Source: Eledone cirrhosa (lineage: Eukaryota). From it: a stretch of 64,000 nt of DNA. Made by a program: the position numbers and the translations under genes. A model generated the notes under the pieces. It did no database searches. It was not told the origin of the DNA and saw only the letters and a list, made by a program, of their open reading frames with translations. Positions 12,720 to 25,794 of the stretch are shown in pieces. The first letter of the stretch is position 1; the number at the start of each line of letters is the position of its first letter. Location: positions 80,600,001 through 80,664,000 of the forward strand of contig OZ024740.1 in the NCBI GenBank assembly GCA_964016885.1. The letters are read 5' to 3'.

Positions 12720-13985
12720 AACCCATTAGCAACCATGCAGCACGTTTATTCTCATATTTACACATATTTTTTCCCCGCTGTGACCCGTCTATTTCGTTCT
12801 TACTGCTTCCTCTTTCTCTGTATCTTTACCCTCACTAACAGCCACTCTCTCTGTTAGCCTCTTCCTCACCATTCACTCACTCACTCTCTGTTACTACCTC
12901 TCCTCCTCCTCCTTCTTCCCGTTTGACCTGTGCGTAATTCTTTTCTTTCGCACTCTTGGTCAGGCAGGTCGCTTTTTTTTTCTCTCTCGTCTACGATTTC
13001 ACAGAACTTACGTTCACCGAATTCACAGACTAGATCCCTTCTTCCTCCCGTTAGACCTGTACAGAATTCCTTCCTTGCTCACATTCCAACCAGGTTTGAT
13101 GGTCTTTATTCTCTCTCGTTCACGATTTTACCGAATATAAATTCATAGAAATTTGGGACTTGACTCCTTCTTCCTCACTTTTCGTTGCTTCACCATTTTT
13201 GTTTGTTTACACTCGTGTCCGCTTTATTTGCGTGTCCCAACGACTTTTTTTAGCCGTTACTCGCACCAACCAGAGGTATATGGTCTTTAAAGCGATGAAA
13301 TACCAATGATGGTTGGAAGATCACTGATGAAGGACTAACTTTATTCATATGTAACCGATTAGCAGCCACGCAGCACGTTTATTCTCATATTTACACATAT
13401 TTTTTCCCCGCTGTGACCCGTCTATTTCGTTCTTACTGCTTCCTCTTTCTCTGTATCTTTACCCTCTCTTACAGCCACTATCTCTGTTAGCCTCTTCCTC
13501 ACCCTTCACTCACTCACTCTCTGTTACTACCTCTCCTCCTCCTCCTTCTTGCCGTTTGACCTGTGCGTAATTCTTTTCTTTCGCACCCTTGGTCAGGCAG
13601 GTCGCTTTTTTTCTCTCTCTTGTCTATGATTTCACAGAACTTACGTTCACCGAATTCACAGACTAGATCCCTTCTTCCTCCCGTTAGACCTGTACGGAAT
13701 TCCTTCCTTGCTCACATTCCAACCAGGTTTGATGAGCTTTATTCTCTCTCGTTCACGATTTCACCGAACTTATATTCATGGCAATTTGGGACTTGACTCC
13801 TTCTTCCTCACCTTTCGTTGCTTCAACATCTTTGTTTGTTTACACTCTCGTGTCCCCTTTATTTACGTGTCCCAACGACTTTTTTTAGCCGTTGCTCGCA
13901 CCAACCGGAGGTATATGGTCTTTAAAGCGATGAAATACCAATGATGGTTGGAAGATCGCTGATGAAGGACTAACTTTATTCATAT
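12720..13985 (+). repeat. Family T tandem repeat, two units (~635 bp)
   Basis: CTGATGAAGGAC at 13324 and 13959; flanked by (TA)n on both sides. Confidence 0.85.
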
Positions 13986-14197
13986 ATATATATATATATA
14001 TTTCGTTTCCGAATTTGTTTAGCAAGATTCTTTATCTGAAATCGTGTGTTATAATCGATATTGTTATACTTTGGGAGGGTCATGTTGCCAATAAGAAACA
14101 CACGCACCAGTTGCTTTCACTTCAATTTATTATAATAAATTTATAATACATTTCTGGTTGGTTGGTTGGTTCCACAACCAGATAGTTGTTTATATAT

Positions 14198-14242
14198 AGT
14201 CAAAGTTCTTTCGTCACACACTCTGTGACCTCTTCAGTGACT
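14198..14242 (-). ncRNA. Minimal type I hammerhead ribozyme (family A pLTR)
   Basis: AGUCA-CUGAAGA-G-GUCACA/UGUGAC-GAAA-GAAC-UU-UGACU. Confidence 0.8.
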
Positions 14243-15144
14243 GGGGATTCCTTTCTTTGTTTCTGTGCCTCTCCTTTGTTCTGTCCTACGCCATTTTGTT
14301 TCTGTGTGTGTGTTGTGTGCTCAGTCTGCGCATGCGCCACATCCGGGTGTCTGTGTGTGTTTATGTTCATTTATTTATTTGTTTATTTACATGTTACTGG
14401 TTGGTTGTTTGTTCTATGTGTGTGTGTGTTTTCATTTTGTCCTTAATTGTAAGTTGTGATGTTGCTGTTTCACTCATATTTTCTATTTAATTTTGGTTGT
14501 AATTCTTTTATGTTTATTGCCTCTGTGATTTGTCTAAACATTGCGTCTTTTCTGTGTGTAGATTCTATTTTTATTTCTATGTTCTCTAATTTACCCTTGT
14601 TTTCTTTTTTAGCATGTTGGTAGAGTACAGATGATTCTTTACTACCTTGAAGGTCTCGCCAGTGTTCATTTATCCGTTCCCCTACACTACGATCTGTCTC
14701 ACCTATGTACACTATATTTTTGTCTCTACATTGTCCTTCAGTACATCTTATGCTATACACTACATTTCTAGTTTTACAGTTAAAATGGGGGCTTATTTTA
14801 CAGGTTATACATTTCTTATCTATACATGAGAGTCGTTGAAAAGGGTATGTCTTGCTAATAAGTGTTTTTACGGAGGTACCTGGTCTTTCTACAACCAAAA
14901 TTAAATAGAAAATATGAGTGGAACAGCAACATCACAACTTACAATTAAGGACAAAATGAAAACACACACACACATAGAACAAACAACCAGCCAGTAACAT
15001 GTAAATAAACAAATAAATAAATGAACATATACACAGACACCCGGATGTGGCGCATGCGCAGACTGAGCACACAGCACACACACAGACACAAAATGGCGTA
15101 GGACAGAACAAAGGAGAGGCACAGAAACAAAGAAAGGAATCCCC

Positions 15145-15189
15145 AGTCACTGAAGAGGCCACAGTGTGTGTGACGAAAGATCTATGACT
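15145..15189 (+). ncRNA. Minimal type I hammerhead ribozyme (family A pLTR)
   Basis: AGUCA-CUGAAGA-stem II (one mismatch)-GAAA-GAUC-UA-UGACU; stem III palindrome AGAUCU. Confidence 0.75.
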
Positions 15190-15326
15190 ATATATAAACA
15201 ACTATCTGGTTGTGGAACCAACCAACCAACCAGAAATTTATTATAAATTTATTATAATAAATTGAAGTGAAAGCAACTGGTGCGTGTGTTTCTTATTGGC
15301 AACATGACCCTCCCAAAGTATAACAA

Positions 15327-15416
<90 letters not shown>

Positions 15417-15454
15417 TATAATATATATATATATATAAATAAATATATATATTC

Positions 15455-15554
<100 letters not shown>

Positions 15555-15582
15555 TAAATATATATATTCATATATAATATAT

Positions 15583-15679
<97 letters not shown>

Positions 15680-15690
15680 TATATATATTC

Positions 15691-15729
<39 letters not shown>

Positions 15730-16278
15730 ATATATATAAACAGTGGCCGCCCGCCGAAGGTACAACACCATGCGTTCGGCCGGTCCCCTGTTTCATGAAG
15801 AGAAAATCTTTTTCCGGGAAATTATTGGAGCTTTCCAAATTTAAAGGTTTATTACAATCTTTCAATGTTTACTTTAGGTTTTGCCGTCTGAAGAGCTTAG
15901 GCTTTCTTAACTGATATTCCTCTGGAATATGTATAACGGAGTTTTAAATAAGCCTGAATCAACTGAAAATGGAGTATATATACATATTTACAGGTGAAGA
16001 GTTGGGCTGTGTGGTTACTGAAAACGAAGTGTTAGAAGGTAAACGGGACTTAAAGGGGACGTAAACGGTATGTTTACTTCGTTTTTTCCTCTTTTCCTTT
16101 TTTTTCTCCTCCCTTTCTCTTCACTATCACTTCTTTCCCTCATGGCCTTTTGATGGATAAAAGGCCATGGGCGCGCTACAGACCGATGTTCTGTTTTAAG
16201 CACCGACACATTCTTGATTTAGTAAACGGCTGACGAGGGATACTTTTCTTCTATTGTTTACGTCTCGTTTACCTTCCA

Positions 16279-16328
<50 letters not shown>

Positions 16329-16333
<5 letters not shown>

Positions 16334-18166
16334 ATACTTGGGGAGGATCATATTTGTGTAATATTGCCAGAATTAATAACAGAACACACTCACTGTTTGG
16401 TTGGTTTTCGCTTCTCGCTGTCTTTTATATCTGTGATCTAACTTACTCGGTCCTCAATGTTGCCATTGACTGACCGACGGTCAAAAATAATACAGATACA
16501 ATATAGACACAAACACATATAAATAGTTTACATAATTTACATAAATCTTTCGTTGCACATCTGCAACATCGTTAGTGGTGTTATATTTTTTCCTCCTGTT
16601 GTGTTGTATGTCTACGCCATTTTTTTTATTCAGTCTGTCTATATACTTATTTATTTATTTGCTTGTTTGTTTATTTTATTTTGTTTTCTTTGCGCATGCG
16701 TTTGCGTGTGTGTATAGTGTTATGTTTGCTGTGTGACTAGTGTGTATAGTGTTGTGTCTGCTGGGTGACTAGTGTGTGTTTATGTGCTTGTTGTTATTGT
16801 GCTTGTGTATGTATTTATTTATCTTATTTTATTTTATTTTATTTTATTTTATTTTATTTATTTACTTATTTATACTTCTCTTAGGTCAGTGTTGTTTGTT
16901 TGGGTGTCGTTGTTGTTCCACTCATTCTTTCTGTTTAGCTTTGGTCTTCTAATTTCTATTTCACTGGCCTCTCTGATTTGCCTATCTGCTGGGTCATTCC
17001 TATGTTTAGATATTATTCTAATTTCTATGTTGTCTATGTTACCGTCATGTTGTTGTCTAGCATGTTCGTATAGTACTGACCCGTTTTTTCGTCCTTTTAG
17101 TTCCCCCCAGTGTTGGTCTATCCTTTCACCTATGCTACGAGCTGTCTCACCTATGTATGTTGTTGTCATGTTTCTGCAAGTACCCTCTGTACATCTTATG
17201 CTATAGACTACGTTTCTAGTTTTACAGTTTATCCGGGGGTTCACCTTACATATGATACATTTCCTATTGGTACAGTGGGTTTTCTTAAAAGGGTAGGTTT
17301 TGCTGATCAGGGATTTTATGGTGGTTCCTGGCTTTTCTACCACTTTTATTTTTAAGTGGGTCTTTCTCAGGGCCTTTCTACACTGGTTAGCTAATTTCCC
17401 TCCAGGGGTGGCGTCCACAAACATGACACTCTGATATCTCTGGTTGTCGTACCATGATGTGGCCTTCCCTATCTTATGTCTAGCCCTATCTAAGCTATTT
17501 CATGATTTGCTCCTGTATAATGGGCAAATTCCTTTCATGTCCAGTTCTATGAGGGTCTTATACTTTTCCATGGCTCCTTCGTATACTCTGACTCTGTCTC
17601 TTTGGTTGTAGCCAGAGAACTGCATGCGGTTGATGAAGTGTTGGATGTGTCTTTCCATTTCTGTTGGGTCGCACATGCTGGACACATTCTTCATCACTCG
17701 TACCAAATCTGCGATCAGAATATTAAACTTAGTACTACTGGACATTGCTGAGTTTTTGAGTATTAGGTATTTGGAGGCCATGGGTTTAGCATAGTGTGAG
17801 TGGAGAATTTGGGCTCTCTCGTCTATAGTGTTAATCCAGAGTTCTGTGTCTAATACAGGTAGTCTATTTTTTTTTTGTTAGGGTGTTTGGAAGGGAAGTC
17901 GATAGTTACAGTTATACTCTGGTGTATGGAATTAGCTATCTGCTGGATGCTTTCCATCGTGCTACGTTCTAAATCAAACTTGTTAGTGCTCTCTAGTGGG
18001 GGTGTTCTTATAACTATATTGATATCGTCTACATAACGAGAGTACATGATGAGGTCTATGGAGCTTTCATTAAGGAGATCTTTAAGTCTCCTTTCCCACC
18101 ATACCATGAAAAGGTTGGCAACATCACCAGCTATGCTGACGCCGATGGCTGCTCCCTCATTTTGGG
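16329..18166 (-). mobile_element. PLE family B (sister of A), 5'-truncated: RT C-half, thumb, GIY-YIG, pLTR with decayed HHR at ~16540-16580
   Basis: GAAIGVSIAGDVANLFM..RYVDD (17850-18200); NVVYSIRC..YIGET (16870-17424); HHR core eroded to CUAACGA. Confidence 0.9.
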
Positions 18167-18499
18167 TGTATATATATAGTGAAAGAGTGATGCATAACAT
18201 GGCTAAATGTACAAAAAAGGTTTCATTTACAGTATTAACAATTGTTTCATTGGTTAAATTGTCTTAAAATTGCTAATCATTTGAAGTTGTGTCACTCATT
18301 TTTAAATACGATGTATGCTTAACCAAATCATCAGAAAAAAACTGTTTAAAATTAAACACAGCGTTTGCAAATTCAAATTACTACATCATTAATTGAGTCG
18401 AACAACGCCGTACGCTAAACCTATCCACAATACGGAGTATTCACAGCCTCTAACTGGATTAACTATAACGATAACTTGTTATCCCTTATATATATACTC

Positions 18500-18965
18500 C
18501 GTTTTTGATTTTGTTTTGCAAGATTTCTTTTCTGAAAATGTGTGTTGAAACGGATATTTTTATACTTTGGCATGCTGCCAATAAAAGCACACGCATCTGT
18601 TGGTTTTCACTTCAATCTCTTATAAATTTCCGATTGGTTGGTTCAATAACCGGGTGATGGTTTATTGTCAAAGCTTTTCCCTCACAGATTCTGAGACCTC
18701 TTGAGTCACTGATTCCTTATTTTGTGTCTCTCATTTCTTCTGTCCTACAGCATAATGTTTTTGTATGTTGGGACAGAACAAAGGATAGACACAAAATAAT
18801 AAAATCAGTCACCGAGGAGGTCACAGGATGTGTGACGAAAGAGCTTTGACAATATATAAGCAACCATCCGATTATTGAACCAACCATCCGGAAATTTATA
18901 ATACATTGAAGTGAAAACCAAAAGGTGTGTGTGATTGTATTGACAGCACGACTCTCCCAAATTAT
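18500..18965. mobile_element. Inverted pair of family A pLTR ends, each with a decayed HHR (18667-18710 minus; 18808-18850 plus)
   Basis: Homology to 14001-14290; cores CUCAAGA and CCGAGGA. Confidence 0.75.
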
Positions 18966-19042
18966 TACAGTATATATATATATGCAGAGAGATACATTAG
19001 TCTGCCCCCCCCTCTCTCTCTCTCTCTATATATATATATATT

Positions 19043-19320
19043 TCTTTTGCAAAGTTTTTTATATGAAATCTTGTGTCGAAACAAATATTGCCAGAAATAA
19101 TAACAGAACATATTTACTGTTTGGTTTGGGTTGGTTTTCACCTCTGTATCTTTTATATCTCCTTAGTTAATTTATTTAGCAATCAATGTTTATCATTGAT
19201 TGAATAACGGTTTAAAATACAGATATAAATATATATATATCGTCTATCAAAGTTCTTTCGTCACACATCTGAAACATCATCGGTGGTACTATTATGTTTC
19301 CTCCCATTGTATTGTAAAGT
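19043..19320 (-). mobile_element. Family B pLTR end with decayed HHR (~19247-19287)
   Basis: Matches 16360-16610; core CCGAUGA..GUGUGAC-GAAA-GAAC-UU. Confidence 0.7.
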
Positions 19321-19416
19321 TTATATATATATTTGAAAAAGGAAAAGAGTGACTTCACTTGTAGTTCTAAACAATTTGATTTAATTTTATAATATTATAG
19401 TATATATATATACACT

Positions 19417-19465
<49 letters not shown>

Positions 19466-19474
19466 CTATATATA

Positions 19475-19519
<45 letters not shown>

Positions 19520-19535
19520 TATATATCCAGGGAGT

Positions 19536-19655
19536 GTAAATGTTCGGTAAACCGATACGTGCATATATATATATATATGTGCATGTATGTATGATATATA
19601 CATACTACTGTACGTCTGTATGCATATATGTATGTACGTATACATACATACTTAC

Positions 19656-19660
<5 letters not shown>
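19536..19660 (+). repeat. Dispersed fragment of the 420-bp hammerhead tandem unit
   Basis: AAATGTTCGGT..CATACTACTGTACGTCTGTAT matches 42472-42585. Confidence 0.7.
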
Positions 19661-19730
<70 letters not shown>

Positions 19731-20062
19731 CATACATACATATATAACATATACAAATGCCATAAAACAGAAAAGTTGAACAGAGTCTCCGCCGGGAGCC
19801 GAACTGCGTAGCTGACATATACCTCAAAACCGGATTACTAATTGCAGCTAAGCGTCTTTAAACAACTTATCCCACATCAAATAAATACTTAAACACATCA
19901 CACAAGATAAGCTGTCACTGTTTATCTTCTCTATTCTCACACGGTTGTCGTAATTATTTACGTAGCTACACAATCACTAGCAGAAAGGTCACATTGAAAT
20001 TATTCTGTATTTATGACAGCAAAAATTATATATATATATATATATAAATGTTTATATGTAAG

Positions 20063-20096
<34 letters not shown>

Positions 20097-20382
20097 TGTA
20101 TGTATGTATGTATGTATGTATGTATGTATGTATGTATGTATGTATGTATGTATGTTCTTCTGGTTTTATAATTTCACAAAGTTTTACCAATAGAGAGAGA
20201 GTCGGTTTCTAACATAGACGCAAGACTCTCTCATTGGAATTTACACAACATCAATTAGGTAGATATGTATGTATGCATGCATGTGTAGATATGGATGTCA
20301 TTGTATGTGTGGATGTGGATGTTTTGAGTTGTATGTGTGCATGTGTATATGCTTTGTATCTGTACATGTGTATATGCAGCTA

Positions 20383-21003
20383 TTAGATGCAAAATATTTG
20401 GAATGTTTTACATAATTTTACTGTTCCATTAATGGATTGTACTTGTAGTTTCCTAACTAGTTGTGTTCTTTCTGTTCCTGTGAAGCCTATCTTCTCACGA
20501 TTTGTATTGAGGCAGTTACTAACATAACCCAGTGCCTCAATAATCACAGGCATAAATCTGAAGGTGTAATCAGGGTGGAGTATCTGCAGATTTCTCATCA
20601 GTTCTGCATAAATATTCTCCTTTTCACTAATCTTTGATATTATATTGGCATCTGCTGGGCAGCTAATTTCCACTACTGTGCATGTTTTCTTCTCCCTGTC
20701 CCATATCATAATATCTGGTCTGTTATGCCTGCATTTTATTGGGGTTTTTACTGGAACATTCCACCAGTACTCTTTCATATTATGTACATGGATGTCTTCC
20801 ACATTGCTGTAGCTTTTAATGTGTTTATTATCGGGGCTATCTTTTTTACGAACTGCATTATACAGTGTTTTGGACACTATATCATGCCTCATAGATAGAT
20901 AGTACCGCGATGACATCTTTGGACAGCTGCTGATGACATGGGTGATATCCTCGATGTTAATTCTGCCGAGTCTGCACTTGTTATCACATCTAGGTGTTTG
21001 CAT
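20383..21003 (-). pseudogene. R4-like zinc knuckle + restriction-like endonuclease domain
   Basis: CRLG..EDITHVISSCP, RHD, RPDIMIWD..VEISCP..EKENIY. Confidence 0.88.
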
Positions 21004-21451
21004 GCATCCCTATCTCTTTTGTGAATCAGGTATTTCATGCTAATCTCTTGTTCTTGGATTGCAAAAGCGTATCCTTCAAAGTGGGAGCCAATATAGCGGT
21101 TGTTGGTCCAAGATAGACTGCTTTCCTTATCTATATTACTCTCACTCTGGAGCTTCCTGGCAACATATCCATGCATGATTTTTTGCTGATAGGCATGCAG
21201 TTATTCATCCTAGGATTCACTGCGATACTGCTGAGCGACATCCCTGGGTGTGAGCTTTTGATTATCACACAGGGAATATCTCTCAAGGAGCTCCTTCCCA
21301 ACTCTCATGATCTTATCTGTTTCATGCAGATAGACTTGCTCGAGAAGCGGGCTCCTACGCTTCAAGGTTCGTAGATGTAGTCGGAAAGATATGATGTGAC
21401 ATACAAATGCTGTCTGGACTGATGTTAGGCCTCTTTCTCCCTGCTTACGTT

Positions 21452-23638
21452 TCAAGTAAAGGCGGCTATGTCACTGTTGATGTGGAAGTTTCCAGGGTTG
21501 TTCAGTATTTTTCGAGTTCCAACAATAACTGCTCGGATTTCGTCTATCGTCCAATTGAGTATTCCAAACTTTGGTGTTAGGACAGGCACAGCAAACACAT
21601 TGTGAGCCACTGTTTTTTTTTGCGCAGAGAGTTCCGATGACCAGATCTTTCTTAATCGGGTGTAGTATTCCCTGGTTACGCGTTCTTTATTACAGATACC
21701 ATTATAGGATATGTTCTCATCTATCCCCAGGTATCTGTAGCAGCCCTCATCAGATATCGGTGAAACAGTTAGGCCATTGATGACAATGTTGCTAGATTGG
21801 GTTGTTGTTTTTCGCCGCTTTACAGTCATGTATGAGCATTTATCTTGGCCAAACTCCAGTCTTATATCCTTTGAGAACGTTGTAACCAGGTCAAGATTTT
21901 TCTTCATCCCATCCATGTTCTTGGCATAGAGTTTCAGATCGTCCACAAAGAAGTTATGGGATAGGTTCGTATTTTTGTTCTCCTGTGAGCCAATGATGTA
22001 TCCCTCACATTTCTTGGACAGAAAGGACAAGGGGTTTAATGACAAGATGAACAATATCACAGAGAGACTGTCCCCATGAAATATACCCCTGCAATATTTT
22101 ATTTTATCAGTGAAAATAGAGTCCTCCTTCTCTGTCTTTAACCTTAGGATAGTAGCCCGAGAAGAAGACAGCTTCTCTATGGCTCTGAGAATAATGTCTT
22201 GGACTTTAGCAAGTTGGAGGGCCTCTATCATCCAAGAGTGGGGAACAGAATCGAAAGCTTTCTTGTAGTCCAGCCAGACTGTAGTCATATTCCTCCTAAG
22301 TTGTCTCACCTCCGCCATCGCAGTTTTGTTGATTAGGAGTTGTTCAGCACATCCCCAAACCCTTTTCCTTCCAGCTGCTTGTTCATCTGTGATGATGTTA
22401 TTATTTTCACAGTGATCTTGGAGGAATAGGTTCAGGCAGGCTGTATACATCTTATACATCAGGTTCTGGCATGCAATGGATCGGTAGTTTTTTGCCAAGT
22501 GGGTGTCTTCGTTCTTGGGGACCAGTAACGTTTGTGCTAATGTCAACCATTCTGGTATAAGTGTATCTCCCTTAAGAACTTGTTGGTAGATGTCAGTAAG
22601 ATACTTCCGATAGAATATTAGTTTTTTGTACCAGTAGCCGACAATCATGTCTCTTCCTGGTGTTTTCTTATTTTGGAGTTTTCCTATCAAAGTCTCAAGT
22701 GTACCGTTACTTATTTCGTATGTTTTTGTTGTAGTGTAGTTCTTTTGGATTTCTCTTATCCACACTGCAACTTGGTTGAAATTCTTCTTTTCACCCCATA
22801 TTTTTCTCCAAAAGGAATCTATGACTTTCTGGGATGGGGCCTCAGTAACACTTATTATTTTGCCCTTCATATCTCTATAGACTGATGTTTGGTTTCGTCT
22901 GAATCTTTTATTAAGCATTTTTTTCTCATCTACCTTCTTCAGGTATCGGCGTTTTTCGCTAACAGCTCTCAATTCTTGTTTGAGGGTGATCAGCTTATAT
23001 TGGAGAGTTCTGGTTTTACTTTTACCAAACATCGTCTCTATTTTATTTTTCACTCTTCGTTGGTAAGGAGTGATGTTTTTTTGTGTTTGTTTGCATGTAA
23101 GGAGCATTGTCACATGTCCTATGTTTTTTCGTAGGTCAGCACTCTTTTTTTCTATTTTAATTATATATGATGGTATTTTTGGTGGTGTTTTGTTCTTGTT
23201 ATCTCTGCTATCACCAAGATAATGCTTCACTGTCATTGCTAAGGCATATAAACAGGCGTTGATTTGCGAAAATGTTGGGATTTTTATCCGTCGTAAATAT
23301 TCATCCCCTATTTCGTCAATAACACGTAGTATTTCATTATTTGGTTTTTTATTCACCATTGTCATTTTAACACGTTCAGCCAGAGAGATATTTATACATG
23401 AGTTAATTTCTCTCTGGAAGATTTCGTTGAGGGAAATTTTCAATTGTTTATACTTTTGATTATAATTATCGATAGTATTTTCCACAACAGTCGAGGTAGA
23501 CTCGGATGGTATACATGGTGTCCCATTTATTCGATTATTATTATTATTTCTTCGATTATTTTTATTATCGATAGTGTTTTCCCCAGCATTCGAGGTAGAC
23601 TTAAATGGTACAGGTGGTGTCAAATTTCTTACAGGCAT
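21452..23638 (-). pseudogene. R4-like reverse transcriptase (728-aa open remnant with mutated motifs)
   Basis: WLDYKKAFDSVPH, GIFHGDSLS (normally QGD), FVDDLKLY, YRYLGI; frameshifts on both sides. Confidence 0.9.
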
Positions 23639-24355
23639 GTTTCAAGGCGCTGTTCGACCTGGCTGGTAGGAAGTCTAGTAGCATGGCGATCTGTAGCACG
23701 TGTTGTTGGTTCCATGTTTGTTGTGCGGGGACTTATAATTAATAATATTTATCTTATTTTTACCTTCAACAAACGTCGCTTGTTGGCGTAATTGTTTCGC
23801 TGTGAAATAATTTAGCTCTGGGTGCATTTCGTCCCAGTGTAGCTTCATTCTAATCATATAGACAATGGAGAGATTGTTTTTTGCCATTTTATAACAATTA
23901 AATAAATCATTATTAAGTTCGCAACTCCAAGAGAAATGCGATTTATAATTTCGGTTTCTTCTGTAGCTACAACTGAATTAAGTTTGATTACCTTCTTTGT
24001 TATTTGTCTTAGATACTTCCTTAATTTTTTTGTTGATGTTGTGTTCAGCCATGCTGTTTGTAGCAAATCCTTGTAAAATTAATTATGTATTTAGTCGGAT
24101 ATCTCTATGAATTCGAATGAAAGGTGTCTTCAGAAGAGATAGTTAGAAGAATAACCAGTTATTCAACCTGGCTGTAGTTGTAGCATTACTGTCGGAGATA
24201 GTATTCATCTTAAATTTAATAAATAGTCTCCCACGCCAAAATATGCGACTGATTGCGTTGACTGATTGATTATTGTATGTATGTATGTATGTATGTATGT
24301 ATGTATGTATGTATGTATGTATGTATGTATGTATGTACGTATGTATGTATGTATG

Positions 24356-24640
24356 TCAGGTCACCAGTTGGTGCTACTGGTAACATGTATCCCAGTACAA
24401 CCTGTCCCATGGTCGGGTCGTTGGCGACTAAACTGGCAACCCCACCAAGGTTTCTTGGTGAGGAGGGTGACTTTGGACATCCTGCAGGACTAAAAACAAA
24501 ACCTGTCAAAGGGCAAAGGAGCTCTTAAGAGTCAATGGCCATCCAAAATCACCGGGAGAGATGACCCCTTAGCCTTTGTCAAGGCAGAATTCTAGGAGAA
24601 GGAAAACTCTGATATAACACCTGCAACCCTGATGGTATCC
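24356..24640 (+). mobile_element. RTE-like LINE 5' UTR fragment (possible HDV-like ribozyme remnant)
   Basis: GGGTCGTTGGCGACTAAACTGGCAACCCC and AGAAGGAAAACTCTGA resemble RTE 5' UTRs as recalled; not database-verified. Confidence 0.45.
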
Positions 24641-25080
24641 AATGATGTTGACTTGTTCTTCTTTTTGGTAAATATCATCTTGGTTAAGAGAGTGGGACTG
24701 GCTTTGTGCAGTGCCTTTGCTCACTATAAAAGCTTCACGGCACAGGCATTGCTTTATATCTGGAGATCTCTCTGCACTTGTCGTCACATGGTACCATGGG
24801 CCCAGCACTATGTGTCAGTAATTGTCACAAGTGTAGTGTTTGTACCAGAGTTTTCAAGTCGCTGGCTGGACTAAAAAGTCACACTCGTTCAGCGCATCGG
24901 TAGGGGTTCTCCTACATGGATATAAAGTAGTGGCCGTACTCGAAAACGAGTTGGCAGCCACCATGTATGTATGTATGTATGTATGTATGTATGTATGCAT
25001 GTATGTATGTACGTTCGAAGGTATGTATGTATAGTTTAAAGTATGCATGCATGCATGCTTGAAAGTATGTATGTATGCAT

Positions 25081-25775
25081 GTTCTTCTGGTTATATTATT
25101 TTTAAAAATTCATCAATAGATCTAGTTAGAAACAAAACACATTCATATGGAATTTAGAAAAAATCAACTAGTTTAACATGCATGTATAATTGGATATATT
25201 TGTGTGTATATGTGGGTGAGTGGAAGTATGCATGTTATTGCATGTATGGATGTGTGTGTTTTGAGTTATATGTGAAACCGTGCATACGTTTTGTTGCTGT
25301 TTTGAACAATGTTTATGTTAATTTTACGTTCGACAAACATTGTTTGTTGGCGTAATTGTTTAGCTTGTTTAGCTGTGAAATAATATAGCTTTCGGTGAAT
25401 TTCCTTCCTGTGTAGGTTCATTGTGTTTTTATATCCAACAAAGGGACCATTTTTTGACATTTTATAACAATGAAATATATCATTATTGAGTTCGTGTCTC
25501 CATGAAAAATGTGATTTATAATTTCACTTCCTTAAGTGACTATAAATAAAAAAATTGTTTCGTTTTTCGTTGATGCTTTTCTTCCAATCTCCACTAATGT
25601 TGGTTACATTAATGTCGTATCCAGCCATGTTGTTTGTAGCACATCCATGTAAAGTGAATTCAATTTAAAGATTTCGAATAAGAAATGTGAAGATTTCGAA
25701 TAAGAATTGTAAAGATTTCGAATATGAAGTGTCTTCAATGAATGTCCACAAAAGAATAGCCAGTTATTTAACATA
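25081..25775 (-). mobile_element. Internally deleted R4-like relative (5' region joined to 3' UTR)
   Basis: 25081-25265 resembles 20154-20330; 25310-25775 resembles 23750-24165. Confidence 0.7.
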
Positions 25776-25794
25776 CATGCATGTATGTATGTAT

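Larger units (their letters stand above)
14001..15330. mobile_element. PLE family A: minus-strand GIY-YIG fragment + pLTR joined to an inverted plus-strand pLTR
   Basis: ORF 14470-14898 has C..CK..NCKTRNVVYSIRC..YIGET..ERINEH; 14060-14490 is the inverted copy of 14899-15330; (TA)n at both ends. Confidence 0.9.
20154..24265 (-). mobile_element. Near full-length R4/Dong-like RLE LINE inserted in (TATG)n
   Basis: Single-ORF layout RT + CCHC + RHD + PD-(D/E)xK; (TATG)n at 20068-20153 and 24275-24355. Confidence 0.92.

Noticed and set aside
13290-13325. SECIS-like AUGA..GA motif in family T
   Set aside because: Upper helix is only ~6 bp, apical geometry is wrong, and there is no linked ORF
16230-16275. 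CTGACGA possible hammerhead
   Set aside because: No GAAA or stem III downstream
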